A DNA stretch of 64,000 nt from assembly GCA_964016885.1 (NCBI GenBank), contig CAXHJY010001421.1:1-64000 (forward strand), written 5' to 3'. This DNA is from Eledone cirrhosa (taxonomy: Eukaryota). The position numbers were made by a program, and so were the translations under genes. A model generated the notes under the pieces. That model was not told where the DNA came from and did not search any database. It saw only the letters and a list, made by a program, of their open reading frames with translations. Below, piece by piece: positions 14,467 to 25,400 of this stretch (its first letter is position 1; each line of letters opens with the position of its first letter).

Positions 14467-14505
<39 letters not shown>

Positions 14506-14509
<4 letters not shown>

Positions 14510-14695
14510 GGATGTGGTAAAAAAAAACAGGTGGACCATAACCCACCAGAGTACTCGATACGGGGTAGTAGAGTGGGTAATATGAAAAGATTCAAGACCC
14601 CGATATCTGAGCTCCAGCCATTTACACAGATCCGAATGTACAGATCTAGCTAGCTGCCGAAACAGCCGGAGCTCAGCCATCAGGGTCTTGAATCT

Positions 14696-14699
<4 letters not shown>
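14506..14699 (-). mobile_element. Fold-back element, family C
   Basis: Homologous to 4708-4900; inverted arms gaaaagattcaagacc / ggtcttgaatcttttc. Confidence 0.6.
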
Positions 14700-14732
<33 letters not shown>

Positions 14733-14739
<7 letters not shown>

Positions 14740-17169
14740 AAAAAAGATGAAATCGAAAATGCAACTGGAGTCTTATTTTTAAAAATATATATATATTTAT
14801 TTGGTTCCTTTACCGCTTTCGCAGTTCTTCTGCTTTTCAAAAGTAGAGTTGAGATGGAGGGTCTGTGGTTTTTCTCACATCTGGTTGGTCTTTGAATGTT
14901 ACTTGTTTTATATGGAAACAAGTGGCTCGAAACGCCAGGTTTTTAGAGAAGTAATCTGATTGGTTGGTCAATAAGTATAATAAATTTCGCGCCAGTTCGC
15001 GTTACAAAGTTCTTCAGGTCAGGTTATTTTTTTCATATATGAGTGTTTGAATTACTTTTTACTTTAAAAAAAGGGCTCACAAAGGCTTTTTCTAAAAAAA
15101 ATGTAATCTGATTGGTTATAAATGAAATTAGGGCTGTCACGTGAACAAGTTCATTAAATTTCGCACCCGTATTTCGGAATTTGTTTTGTAGCCTTTTAGA
15201 GAATTTTATGACAATAAAAAAAGTGGCTCACAAAGGCTTTTTTTTTAAAAAATGAAATTTGATTGGTTATAAATGAAATTATGACTGTCACGTGAACAAG
15301 TTCCGCGCCCGTATTATTTATTTTGTAGCCATTTAGAGAATTTTATGACAAGCAAAAGAAAGGTCAAGAGAAATGGGATGGGAGAATTGTTCTGGTCCAG
15401 TGAATATAGCTAGTTCGCTGGGGTGTCAGAGTTCAGATTTTCTATTGAAATAAAGAATTAAAGGAAATTCTACTCGAAAGACAGTACCCACCATTACTAA
15501 TAAATAATGGAATAAAAAAGGCTAAAGTAATAGACATTGATGAATTACGAAAACAGAAATAAATTCAAGGTACGTCCAATATTCTATCATATATCTCAAC
15601 ACACAACCCAAGAAATGCAGAAGCTTACAACACTATTCACAAGAACATCTTACTACTGAAACAAGACCCAAGAATGAAAAAAGCCCTTGAAACACAAAAT
15701 AATCAAAAGCAAAAGACAACCGAAATCACTGAGAACATTACTCACCAATGCCAAATTACCTACCACAAACCCACAACCAACTGTCAAAAAATGTGGTCGC
15801 TCTAATTGTGGTACCTGCACTCACCTCATTGAAGGCAACACGTATGCATTTAAATCAGGACAAAATTTTGCTGTAAAAAATCACTTCACTTGCTCATCAG
15901 AAAATTTAATTTATGCCATTAAATGTAAAGGATGCAATAAAGATTATATAGGACAAACTAAACTCACACTCAGAAATAGAATGACAGTTCATCGCCAACA
16001 ATTACGAGATTCAACCACGAGACAGATACCACTAAGCGCACATCTAGACATTTGCGCAAGTAATAAGACACCCAAATTCCAAGTCTTCCCATTTTACCTT
16101 TGTGCTGACAATACAACAGAACAAATACGAATAAATAAGGAAAATATGTTTATTCAAAAATATAGACCAGCATTAAATATGGTTTAATATACATTATGTC
16201 AACACCATAACATGCTAACCACCCAAACAGACACATACACACACACATAACACCTTCTACTTTAGAAAATAAAAACCCGAACTAAATAAACCTTAACATA
16301 CGTTTGCGCTGACAATACAACAGAACAAATACGAATAAGTAAGCAAAATATGTTCATTCAAAAATATTCCTACTAACAGAATCATTTTCCTACGCACACA
16401 CACACACAAAATATATATTCTCTTCATCTTAACATGCTAACCATACTCCCACAGACACATATAACCCCCCCCCCACACACACACACAACTCCCTCCCTCA
16501 TTTCTACTAATAGAATCTCTTTCCTACACACACACACACACAAAATATATATATTCTCTCCATCTTAACATACTCCCACACACACACACATAACAACCCA
16601 TATACACACACACACAAATCCCTCCCCCATTTCTACAAATAGAATCATCTTCCTATACACACACACACAAACACACAAATAAACATACATACTTTCTTTA
16701 TTTCAATAGAAAATCTGAACTCTGACACCCCAGCGAACTCGCCATATTCACTGAACCAGAACAATTCTCCCATCCCATTTCTCTTGACCATTCTTTTGCT
16801 TGTCATAAAATTCTCTAAATGGCTACAAAATAAATAATAGGGCGCGGAACTTGTTCACGTGACAGTCATAATTTCATTTATAACCAATCAAATTGCATTT
16901 TTTTTAAAAAGCATTCGTGAGCCACTTTTTTCCATATAAAACAAGTAACATTCAAAGACCAACCAGATGTGAGAAAAACCACAGACCCTCCATCTCAACT
17001 CTACTTTTGAAAAGCAGAAGAACTGCGAAACCGGTAACGGAACCAAATAAATATATATATATTTTTTTAAATAAGACTCCAGCTGCATTTTCGATTTCAT
17101 CTTTTTTTCTTTATATTTTCACTCGTGTAGGACACCTCGGTTATTTTTCATTTTGTAAAAAAACCTCAC

Positions 17170-17176
<7 letters not shown>
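14733..17176 (+). mobile_element. 5'-truncated Penelope-like element with inverted LTR copy at the 5' end
   Basis: Left arm 14733-15457 is the reverse complement of 16692-17115; the GIY-YIG ORF remnant lies between; the right copy has an extra ~60-bp tail. Confidence 0.85.
15458..16187 (+). pseudogene. Penelope ORF C-terminus: linker, Cys motif and GIY-YIG endonuclease
   Basis: LKEILLERQYP..STHNP (stop and frameshift), then KCGRSNCGTC..FTCSSENLIYAIKCKGCNKDYIGQT..LRNRMTVH..ENMFIQKYRPALN. Confidence 0.88.
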
Positions 17177-17206
<30 letters not shown>

Positions 17207-17492
17207 AAAGTTTTATTTAAAATTGTTGGGATACAACAAGTAAATATTTTATAACTGATATAAAGCACTCGACAAGTTTTTGGAGTAGATATACGATATT
17301 AAATAAATGGAAACTATATTTATAAAACCATATTTATTTCATTATAAATATTTCAGGGATACCAAATTAAAATATGGTATGCCTTCATCAGACAAAATAC
17401 AATATATAAACAGTTTTATAAATAATTTTGACGTACCCTATTAGAAGCGACCATTACTTTTGGAAGCTGTTTCCATTTATTTAATATCGTAT
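17207..17492 (-). mobile_element. PLE pLTR remnant, family A, with short inverted end
   Basis: Homologous to 4023-4260; tttccatttatttaatatcgtat (about 17470-17492) inverts 17291-17313. Confidence 0.7.
17335..17399 (-). ncRNA. Type I hammerhead ribozyme motif
   Basis: uauuuugu-CUGAUGA-aggcauacca..ugguaucccu-GAAA-uauuua-UA-augaaaua. Confidence 0.75.
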
Positions 17493-17547
17493 ATATATAT
17501 ATATACAATATATTAACAAATGGAAATTATATTTATAAAACCATATT

Positions 17548-17612
17548 TATTTTATTATATATATTTCAAGGGCAACCAAGACAACATTGATACGCTTTCA
17601 TCAGATAAAATA
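17548..17612 (-). ncRNA. Type I hammerhead ribozyme motif
   Basis: Perfect stem I uauuuuau/auaaaaua, CUGAUGA, aag..cuu stem II, GAAA-UAUAUA-UA. Confidence 0.75.
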
Positions 17613-17746
17613 CAAAGTTAGTTTTATAAATAGAGATGTACCCTATAAATAGAGATTTACTCCCGTAAACTGTTGAGTGCTCTAAATCAGTTATAAACAT
17701 TTAGGTTTCTCGGACTTCCAACAAAATAAATACGACTTCTACTTAT

Positions 17747-18345
17747 ATATCTTTCCTTATGGATATAGTCTTAGTTAAGCAACTTAAAGCTAAGTTCCCT
17801 TACTACAGTTTCCAAGTTGAAGAATAAGCTGACCATCCCAATAGATTGAGATGGCTACCGTTTAAGGAACAACTTTTCATCAGAGGAAATTCTGCAAGGT
17901 ATAAGAAAAATATATATATACACGTTAAGAGAAATGAACCCATTCTCATCAATCCAGCATGGTGCAAGAAAAAATAATATTACATGCATGTATGGATCTA
18001 CTAACAAGGTAAATATTTGTATACACAGACAAAGTGACGAGTCTAAACTGCTACTAGAAATAGCAGCCAATATGGACCGTCTATCAGCTCAACATTTAGG
18101 GAGCAGCTAATACTATACATAAGTAAATTTGTCACCAATATACATTATTCTTCAATTTGGAAACTGCAGTAAGGGAACTGAGTGAAGTCGTTTAGCTTTA
18201 GGTTGCTTAACTAAGATTATATCCCTAAAGAAAGATGCTTGTGAAGTGTTCTTTTTAGATTACTTTATTGTGATTTTGTATAAGATGTTCTATATGTATT
18301 TGCTTCTCTGAATGAGATTATTTTAGCGATCTCTTTTCATTGCAA
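17747..18345. mobile_element. Fold-back PLE-like remnant
   Basis: 17747-17827 is an inverted copy of 18146-18237 (one small indel); the right copy extends into a tail. Confidence 0.6.
17794..17890 (-). ncRNA. Hammerhead ribozyme motif with extended stem II
   Basis: uuuccu-CUGAUGA-a-aaguug..(gccaucucaa/uugggauggu)..caacuu-g-GAAA-CUGUAG-UA-agggaa; stem III reads palindromic CUGCAG in the paired arm. Confidence 0.7.
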
Positions 18346-18352
18346 ATATATA

Positions 18353-18669
18353 TCATCATCATCATCATCATTTCATTTTACGTCCGCTTTTCCCTGCTTG
18401 CAAGGGTGGGACGGGAACTGATTCTGGCTTGATTTCTACAGCTGGATGCCCTTCCTAACACCAACCTCATTTACAGTGTGGGCTGGGTGCTTTTTTGCCG
18501 TGGCACCTCCACGACTACTTTGCAGTGGAATGATAGGGACCCCAGTCCCTATTATCTCATTTCTACAGCTGAGTAAACTGGAGCAATGTGAAATAAAGTG
18601 TCTTGCTCAAGGAAACAACACATCACCCAGTCTGAGAATTGAACTCACAACCTTTCGATTGCAAGGCCA

Positions 18670-18672
<3 letters not shown>
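18353..18672 (-). mobile_element. CORE-type SINE with RTE tail (5'-truncated)
   Basis: Same family as 5907-6240 and 40805-41153. Confidence 0.85.
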
Positions 18673-18724
<52 letters not shown>

Positions 18725-18938
18725 CAATCCAAACCAAACAGTGTGTTTTATTATTATTTCTGGCAATATTATAACAATATTCGTTCCAACACACAATTTC
18801 ACATCAAAACTCTTGTAAAACAAATTCACTGCCATATATATATATATGTATGTAAAAGGTAAACATAAATAACAACACAATCGGTACAGTATATGGAAGG
18901 AATATATTAGGTTAACACTTGAAATAGCAGGAAGAGGG

Positions 18939-18974
18939 TCTTAACGTTTTGGATGCTAGTCCTTCATCAGAAGA
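18939..18974 (-). ncRNA. Minimal hammerhead motif (GAAA decayed to AAAA)
   Basis: ucuu-CUGAUGA-A-gga-cuagca-ucc-aAAA-CG-UU-aaga. Confidence 0.55.
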
Positions 18975-19342
18975 AAGAATGAGAAATAAGATAGATTGAA
19001 GGGACAGGTGGGGTGGAATTGAAAAAAATGTCTTTAGATAAAAATAAAAGGTCTATTCATGTTGACATCTCTCGGAAAGTTAAAAGAGTTGAGAGAAAGA
19101 GTCATATATCATTTGAAAACCACATAGTATTTTGTACACATATACAAAGGAAACAGTATTCAGGAAAATACACACACTTTAAGGTGGAAAAAGTCATATC
19201 TTCCTTACAGCACTATATCATAGCAAAAAAAAATGGCCAGTGTAGATATAAATAGGATTGGATATCATATTGGCAAGAAAGAGCTCAGAAGTACCAGTCA
19301 CAGTTGAAGCAACTCAACAAATTAAAAAATTTGGAGTAGTTT

Positions 19343-19505
19343 TATACTATGTTAAGGTATCAATATATATTTAATATGTATGATGATTATGTTTCTCAAA
19401 TAAGCTCAATGGACGATGCTCTAAACCAATGTCTATTGAGCTTATTTATTAAGAAAAATGATCATCAAACATATCAAATATGCATTGATATCTTAACATT
19501 GTATA
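19343..19505. repeat. Imperfect fold-back inverted repeat (~72-bp arms), PLE-like remnant
   Basis: 19343-19414 vs 19431-19505; the shared tail motif lies at 19308-19338. Confidence 0.7.
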
Positions 19506-19609
19506 TATATATAATCAATGAAAAAGTGTTAGTTGATTACAAATCAATTGATTCTTATATATAACAGATGCCAAGAGATGATATAAAGTATATATCTTTT
19601 GTTTATTAC

Positions 19610-19640
<31 letters not shown>

Positions 19641-19644
19641 TATA

Positions 19645-20002
19645 AGTAGAAGGGGTATTTAATTTGTTGGAAGTCCAACAAATATAAATGTTTATAACTG
19701 ATTTAGAGCACTCAACAGTGTACTGGAGTAAATATTCGATGATATTAAATAAATGGAAACTATATTTATATAACCATATTTATTCTATTATATATATTTC
19801 AAGGGTACCAAGATACATTGGTACACTTTCCAGTGAGTTTCCAACCAATAAGGTATGATTTTCATGGGTATGTCTCTATTTATAAAACAAACTTTGTATT
19901 TTATCTGATGAAAGTGTACCAATGTATCTTGGTACCCTTGAAATATATATAATAGAATAAATATGGTTTTATAAATATAGTTTCCATTTATTTAATATCA
20001 TC

Positions 20003-20003
<1 letters not shown>
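19645..20003. mobile_element. PLE pLTR remnant with inverted duplication
   Basis: 94-bp arms 19737-19830 / 19910-20003; the left copy extends into a tail to 19645. Confidence 0.7.
19897..19959 (+). ncRNA. Type I hammerhead ribozyme motif
   Basis: uauuuuau-CUGAUGA-aagugUACCAA-uguauc-UUGGUAcccuu-GAAA-UAUAUA-UA-auagaaua. Confidence 0.8.
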
Positions 20004-20052
<49 letters not shown>

Positions 20053-20056
<4 letters not shown>

Positions 20057-20270
20057 GTGGATTGGCAGTATCGGTAGAGTGTCAGACACCATGCTTTGCA
20101 GCATAGAGTTACGGCTCTTTGCGTTCTGAATTCAAATCCCGCCGACGTTAACTTTGCCTTTCATCCTTACGGTGTCGATAAAATAAAGTACCAGTCACAC
20201 ACTGGAGTCGATTTAATCGACTTTCCCCTCCCCAAAAATTGCTGGCCTTGTGCCTATATAAGAAACCATT
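20053..20270 (+). mobile_element. SINE family 2 (longer variant)
   Basis: A and B boxes plus the conserved central domain. Confidence 0.85.
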
Positions 20271-20591
20271 ATATATATATATATATATATATAAACACAC
20301 ACACTTGTGCAGAGATGCATAAAACATCCATGAAAATCAGACATACTTCAGTGTTGGCACAATTGTGCCATTATCAACAGTGGCAGAATAAAAGAGGTGT
20401 TGAATGGTTGTATATTTACTAGACAAAAGTCAAATAGATGTAGATGTAGATATGTGTAGCATAGAAGTTAGATGAAAGAAGGACCTACTTTGAAACCCCT
20501 AATGATAAAGTGAAGAGCAGTGTTAGATGTTGTTGGTACTGAGATTGAAGGAATGGTTGAGTTGCTGCTATAAGAATGAATAGATTAAATA

Positions 20592-20777
20592 ATAATTGTT
20601 TCTACTTTTGGCACAAGGCCAGCAATTACCCAGTGTATTACTGGTACTTTATTTTATCAACCCCGCAAGGATGAAAGACAAAGTTAACCTCGGTGGGATT
20701 TGAACTTAGACCATAAAGGGCCGTAACTCTTTGTTGCAAAGCATGGCGTCCGACCTTCTACCGATACTGCCAATCCA
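20592..20777 (-). mobile_element. SINE family 2
   Basis: Reverse complement of the family; head-to-head with 20873-21065. Confidence 0.85.
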
Positions 20778-20872
20778 TAATAATAATAATTAACTTAAAC
20801 TAATCATGAAAAACACAACAAAAACATCTTTGCAAAAGTATTGCATTCATGATTACATTATACAATACTAAA

Positions 20873-21065
20873 GGGCGGTGGATTGGCAGTATCGGTAGAA
20901 GGTCGGACGCCATGCTTTGCAGCAAAGAGTTACGGCCCTTTATGGTCTGAGTACAAATCCCGCCGTGGTTGACTTTGCCTTTCATCCTTATGGGGTTGAT
21001 AAAATAAAGTACCAGTAATACACTGGGATAATTTCTGGCCTTGTGCTAAAAGTAGAAACAATTAT
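20873..21065 (+). mobile_element. SINE family 2
   Basis: Full-length copy. Confidence 0.88.
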
Positions 21066-21289
21066 ACAATACTATACATATATATACACTCATGTATACA
21101 CACATCCATAAATACACACATGCATACATACATGTATGCATACATACTTACCAATATACATTCACACATATATACCAATATACATACTTACATACATACA
21201 AACACACATACATACATATATACATGCATACATACAAACACATACATATATATACAAACACACATTCATACAAACATAGATACATACGT

Positions 21290-21581
21290 ACATGATGGCT
21301 ATCCCCTCGTTATTGAGTATGGCCATTGCACAATATAATATTATTAATAATTATCAATTAATCCTACTGTACAATGCCTGTGCATGAAGATTTTTTTTAA
21401 ATGTGGAAAGACTGTACACTGAGCCAATCCCACTCTCTGAGTGACAGTAACTACAACCTGAAAAGAAAAAAAGATCAACATCATCGGTAACTACTGAGCT
21501 GCAGGTTTTATGTCGGAGTTATCCCAGTTTCCTGAGTTGCCTTCTCCTACAAGAAAGCCCTGACAAAGGCTAGGGGCCTTT
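21290..21581 (-). mobile_element. Diverged relative of the (CATA)n-associated non-autonomous element
   Basis: catgatggct..gagtatggcca, cccactctct, caacatcatcgg, ccttctccta..acaaaggct match 46795-47195. Confidence 0.55.
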
Positions 21582-21717
21582 CACATATATAGATACATAT
21601 GTACATACATACATACATACATATATACATATATGCATACATATATATATACATATATACATACATACAAACACACATTCATACATACAGTACATACATA
21701 CATTCATACTACATACA

Positions 21718-22232
21718 TGGAACAGGGAAAAGAAAGCATGCACAATAGTGGAAGTTAGCTGCCCAGCAGATGCCGATATAATATCAAAGGTTAGCGAAAA
21801 GGAGAATATTTATGCAGAACTGATGAGAAATCTGCAGATACTCCACCCTGATTACACCTTCAGATTTATGTCTGTGATTATTGGGACACTGGGTTATGTT
21901 AGTAACTGCCTCAATACAAATCTTGAGAAGCTGGGCTTCATAGGAACAGAAAGAACACAACTAGTTAGGAAACTACAAGTACAATCCAATACAGTAAAAT
22001 TATGTAAAACATTCCAAAAATGTTGCATCTAATAACTGCATATACACATGTACAGATACAAAGCATATACACATCCACACATACAATAACATCCATATCT
22101 ACACATGCAGACATGCATACATATCTACCTAGTTGATGTTGTGTAAATTCCAATGAGAGAGTCTTGTGTCTATGTTAGAAACCAACTCTCTCTCTACTGG
22201 TAAAAATGTGTGAAATTATAAAACCAGAAGAA
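21718..22232 (+). mobile_element. RLE-type (R4/Dong-like) LINE 3' fragment in (CATA)n
   Basis: [23 protein letters not shown]; same 3' end (aaaccagaagaa) as 46734 and 48232. Confidence 0.8.
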
Positions 22233-22479
22233 CATATATACATACATATATATATATATACATACATATATATATATACATACTTACATACAGTACAAAC
22301 ACACATTCATACATACATACAGTACATACATACATTCATACATACATTCATAAATACACTCATGCATACATAACATGCTTTTACAGAAACACACAAATAT
22401 ACATACATACATAACCACATCCATCGGTGAGGACATGTTTGTTGTCCATCTGCAGATTAGCAAAACTACATAGACATAC

Positions 22480-25400
22480 TTGACTGTGGCTGTATGTGAC
22501 CATATGTGGCACTATATGTGAAAGTGTGTGTGTGACTGTGTGTCTCTGCCTGTGTCTGTCTGTGACTGTGTGTGTGTCTGTGACTATATGTGAAAGTGTG
22601 TCTGTCTGTGACTGTGTGTGTCTGTCTGTGACTGTGTGTGTGTCTGTGTGTGTCTGTGACTATATGTGAATGTGTGTGACTGTGTGTCTGTGACTATGTG
22701 TGAAAGTGTGTCTGTGACTGTGTGTGTCTGTCTGTGACTGAGTGTATCTGTCTGTGACTGAGTGTATCTGTCTGTGACTGTGTGTATCTGTCTGTATCTG
22801 TCTGTGACTCTGTGTGTCTGTCTGTGACTCTGTGTGTCTGTCTGTGACTGTGTGTGTCTGTCTGTGACCGAGTGTATCTGTCTGTGACTGTGTGTGTCTG
22901 TCTGTGACTCTGTGTATCTGTCTGTGACTGTGTGTGTCTGTCTGTGACTGAGTGTATCTGTCTGTGACTGTGTGTGTCTGTCTGTGACTGTGTGTATCTG
23001 TCTGTGACTGTGTGTGTCTGTCTGTGACTGAGTGTATCTGTCTGTGACTGTGTGTGTCTGTCTGTGACTGAGTGTATCTGCTGTGACTGTGTGTGTCTGT
23101 CTGTGACTGAGTGTATCTGTCTGTGATTGTGTGTGTCTGTCTGTGACTGTGTGTGTCTGTCTGTGACTGAGTGTATCTGTCTGTGACTCTGTGTGTCTGT
23201 CTGTGACTCTGTGTATCTGTCGGTGACTGAGTGTATCTGTCTGTGACTGTGTGTGTCTGTCTGTGACTGAGTGTATCTGTCTGTGATTGTGTGTGTCTGT
23301 CTGTGACTGAGTGTATCTGTCTGTGACTGTGTGTGTCTGTCTGTGACTGTGTGTATCTGTCTGTATCTGTCTGTGACTGTGTGTGTCTGTCTGTGACTCT
23401 GTGTATCTGTCTGTGACTGAGTGTATCTGTCTGTGACTGTGTGTCTGTCTGTGACTGAGTGTATCTGTCTGTGACTGTGTGTGTCTGTCTGTGACTGTGT
23501 GTATCTGTCTGTATCTGTCTGTGACTGTGTGTGTCTGTCTGTGACTGAGTGTATCTGTCTGTGACTGAGTGTATCTGTCTGTGATTGTGTGTGTCTGTCT
23601 GTGACTGTGTGTGTCTGTCTGTGACTGAGTGTGACTGAGTGTATCTGTCTGTGACTGTGTGTGTCTGTCTGTGACTCTGTGTATCTGTCTGTGACTGAGT
23701 GTATCTGTCTGTGACTGTGTCTCTGTCTGTGACTGAGTGTATCTGTCTGTGATTGTGTGTGTCTGTCTGTGACTGTGTGTGTCTGTCTGTGACTGAGTGT
23801 ATCTGTCTGTGACTCTGTGTGTCTGTCTGTGACTCTGTGTATCTGTCGGTGACTGAGTGTATCTGTCTGTGACTGTGTGTGTCTGTCTGTGACTGAGTGT
23901 ATGTGTCTGTGATTGTGTGTGTCTGTCTGTGACTGAGTGTATCTGTCTGTGACTGTGTGTGTCTGTCTGTGACTGTGTGTATCTGTCTGTATCTGTCTGT
24001 GACTGTGTGTGTCTGTCTGTGACTCTGTGTATCTGTCTGTGACTGAATGTATCTGTCTGTGACTGTGTGTCTGTCTGTGACTGAGTGTATCTGTCTGTGA
24101 CTGTGTATGTCTGTCTGTGACTGTGTGTATCTGTCTGTATCTGTCTGTGACTGTGTGTGTCTGTCTGTGACTGAGTGTATCTGTCTGTGACTGAGTGTAT
24201 CTGTCTGTGACTGAGTGTATCTGTCTGTGACTGAGTGTATCTGTCTGTGACTGAGTGTATCTGTCTGTGACTGTGTGTGTCTGTCTGTGACTGAGTGTAT
24301 CTGTCTGTATCTGTCTGTGACTGTGTGTGTCTGTCTGTGACTGAGTGTATCTGTCTGTGACTGAGTGTATCTGTCTGTGACTGAGTGTATCTGTCTGTGA
24401 CTGAGTGTATCTGTCTGTGACTGAGTGTATCTGTCTGTGACTGAGTGTATCTGTCTGTGACTGAGTGTATCTGTCTGTGACTGTGTGTGTCTGTCTGTGA
24501 CTGAGTGTATCTGTCTGTATCTGTCTGTGACTGTGTGTGTCTGTCTGTGACTGAGTGTATCTGTCTGTGACTGAGTGTATCTGTCTGTGACTGAGTGTAT
24601 CTGTCTGTGACTGAGTGTATCTGTCTGTGACTGTGTGTATCTGTCTGTGACTCTGTGTGTCTGTCTGTGACTGAGTGTATCTGTCTGTGACTCTGTGTGT
24701 CTGTCTGTGACTGAGTGTATCTGTCTGTATCTGTCTGTGACTGTGTGTGTCTGTCTGTGACTGAGTGTATCTGTCTGTGACTGAGTGTATCTGTCTGTGA
24801 CTGAGTGTATCTGTCTGTGACTGTGTGTATCTGTCTGTGACTCTGTGTGTCTGTCTGTGACTGAGTGTATCTGTCTGTATCTGTCTGTGACTGTGTGTGT
24901 CTGTCTGTGACTGAGTGTATCTGTCTGTGACTGAGTGTATCTGTCTGTGACTGAGTGTATCTGTCTGTGACTGTGTGTGTCTGTCTGTGACTGAGTGTAT
25001 CTGTCTGTGACTGTGTATCTGTCTGTGACTGTGTGTGTCTGTCTGTGACTGAGTGTATCTGTCTGTGACTGTGTGTGTCTGTCTGTGACTGTGTGTGTCT
25101 GTCTGTGACTGAGTGTATCTGTCTGTGACTGTGTGTGTCTGTCTGTGACTGAGTGTATCTGTCTGTGACTGAGTGTATCTGTCTGTGACTGAGTGTATCT
25201 GTCTGTGACTGTGTGTGTCTGTCTGTGACTGAGTGTATCTGTCTGTGACTGAGTGTATCTGTCTGTGACTGAGTGTATCTGTCTGTGACTGAGTGTATCT
25301 GTCTGTGACTGTGTGTCTGTCTGTGACTGTGTGTGTCTGTCTGTGACTGAGTGTATCTGTCTGTGATTGTGTGTGTCTGTCTGTGACTCTGTGTATCTGT

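Noticed and set aside
14980-15025. CUGAAGA..GAAA on the - strand in the Penelope LTR
   Set aside because: Stem II does not start next to the core and stem I does not pair
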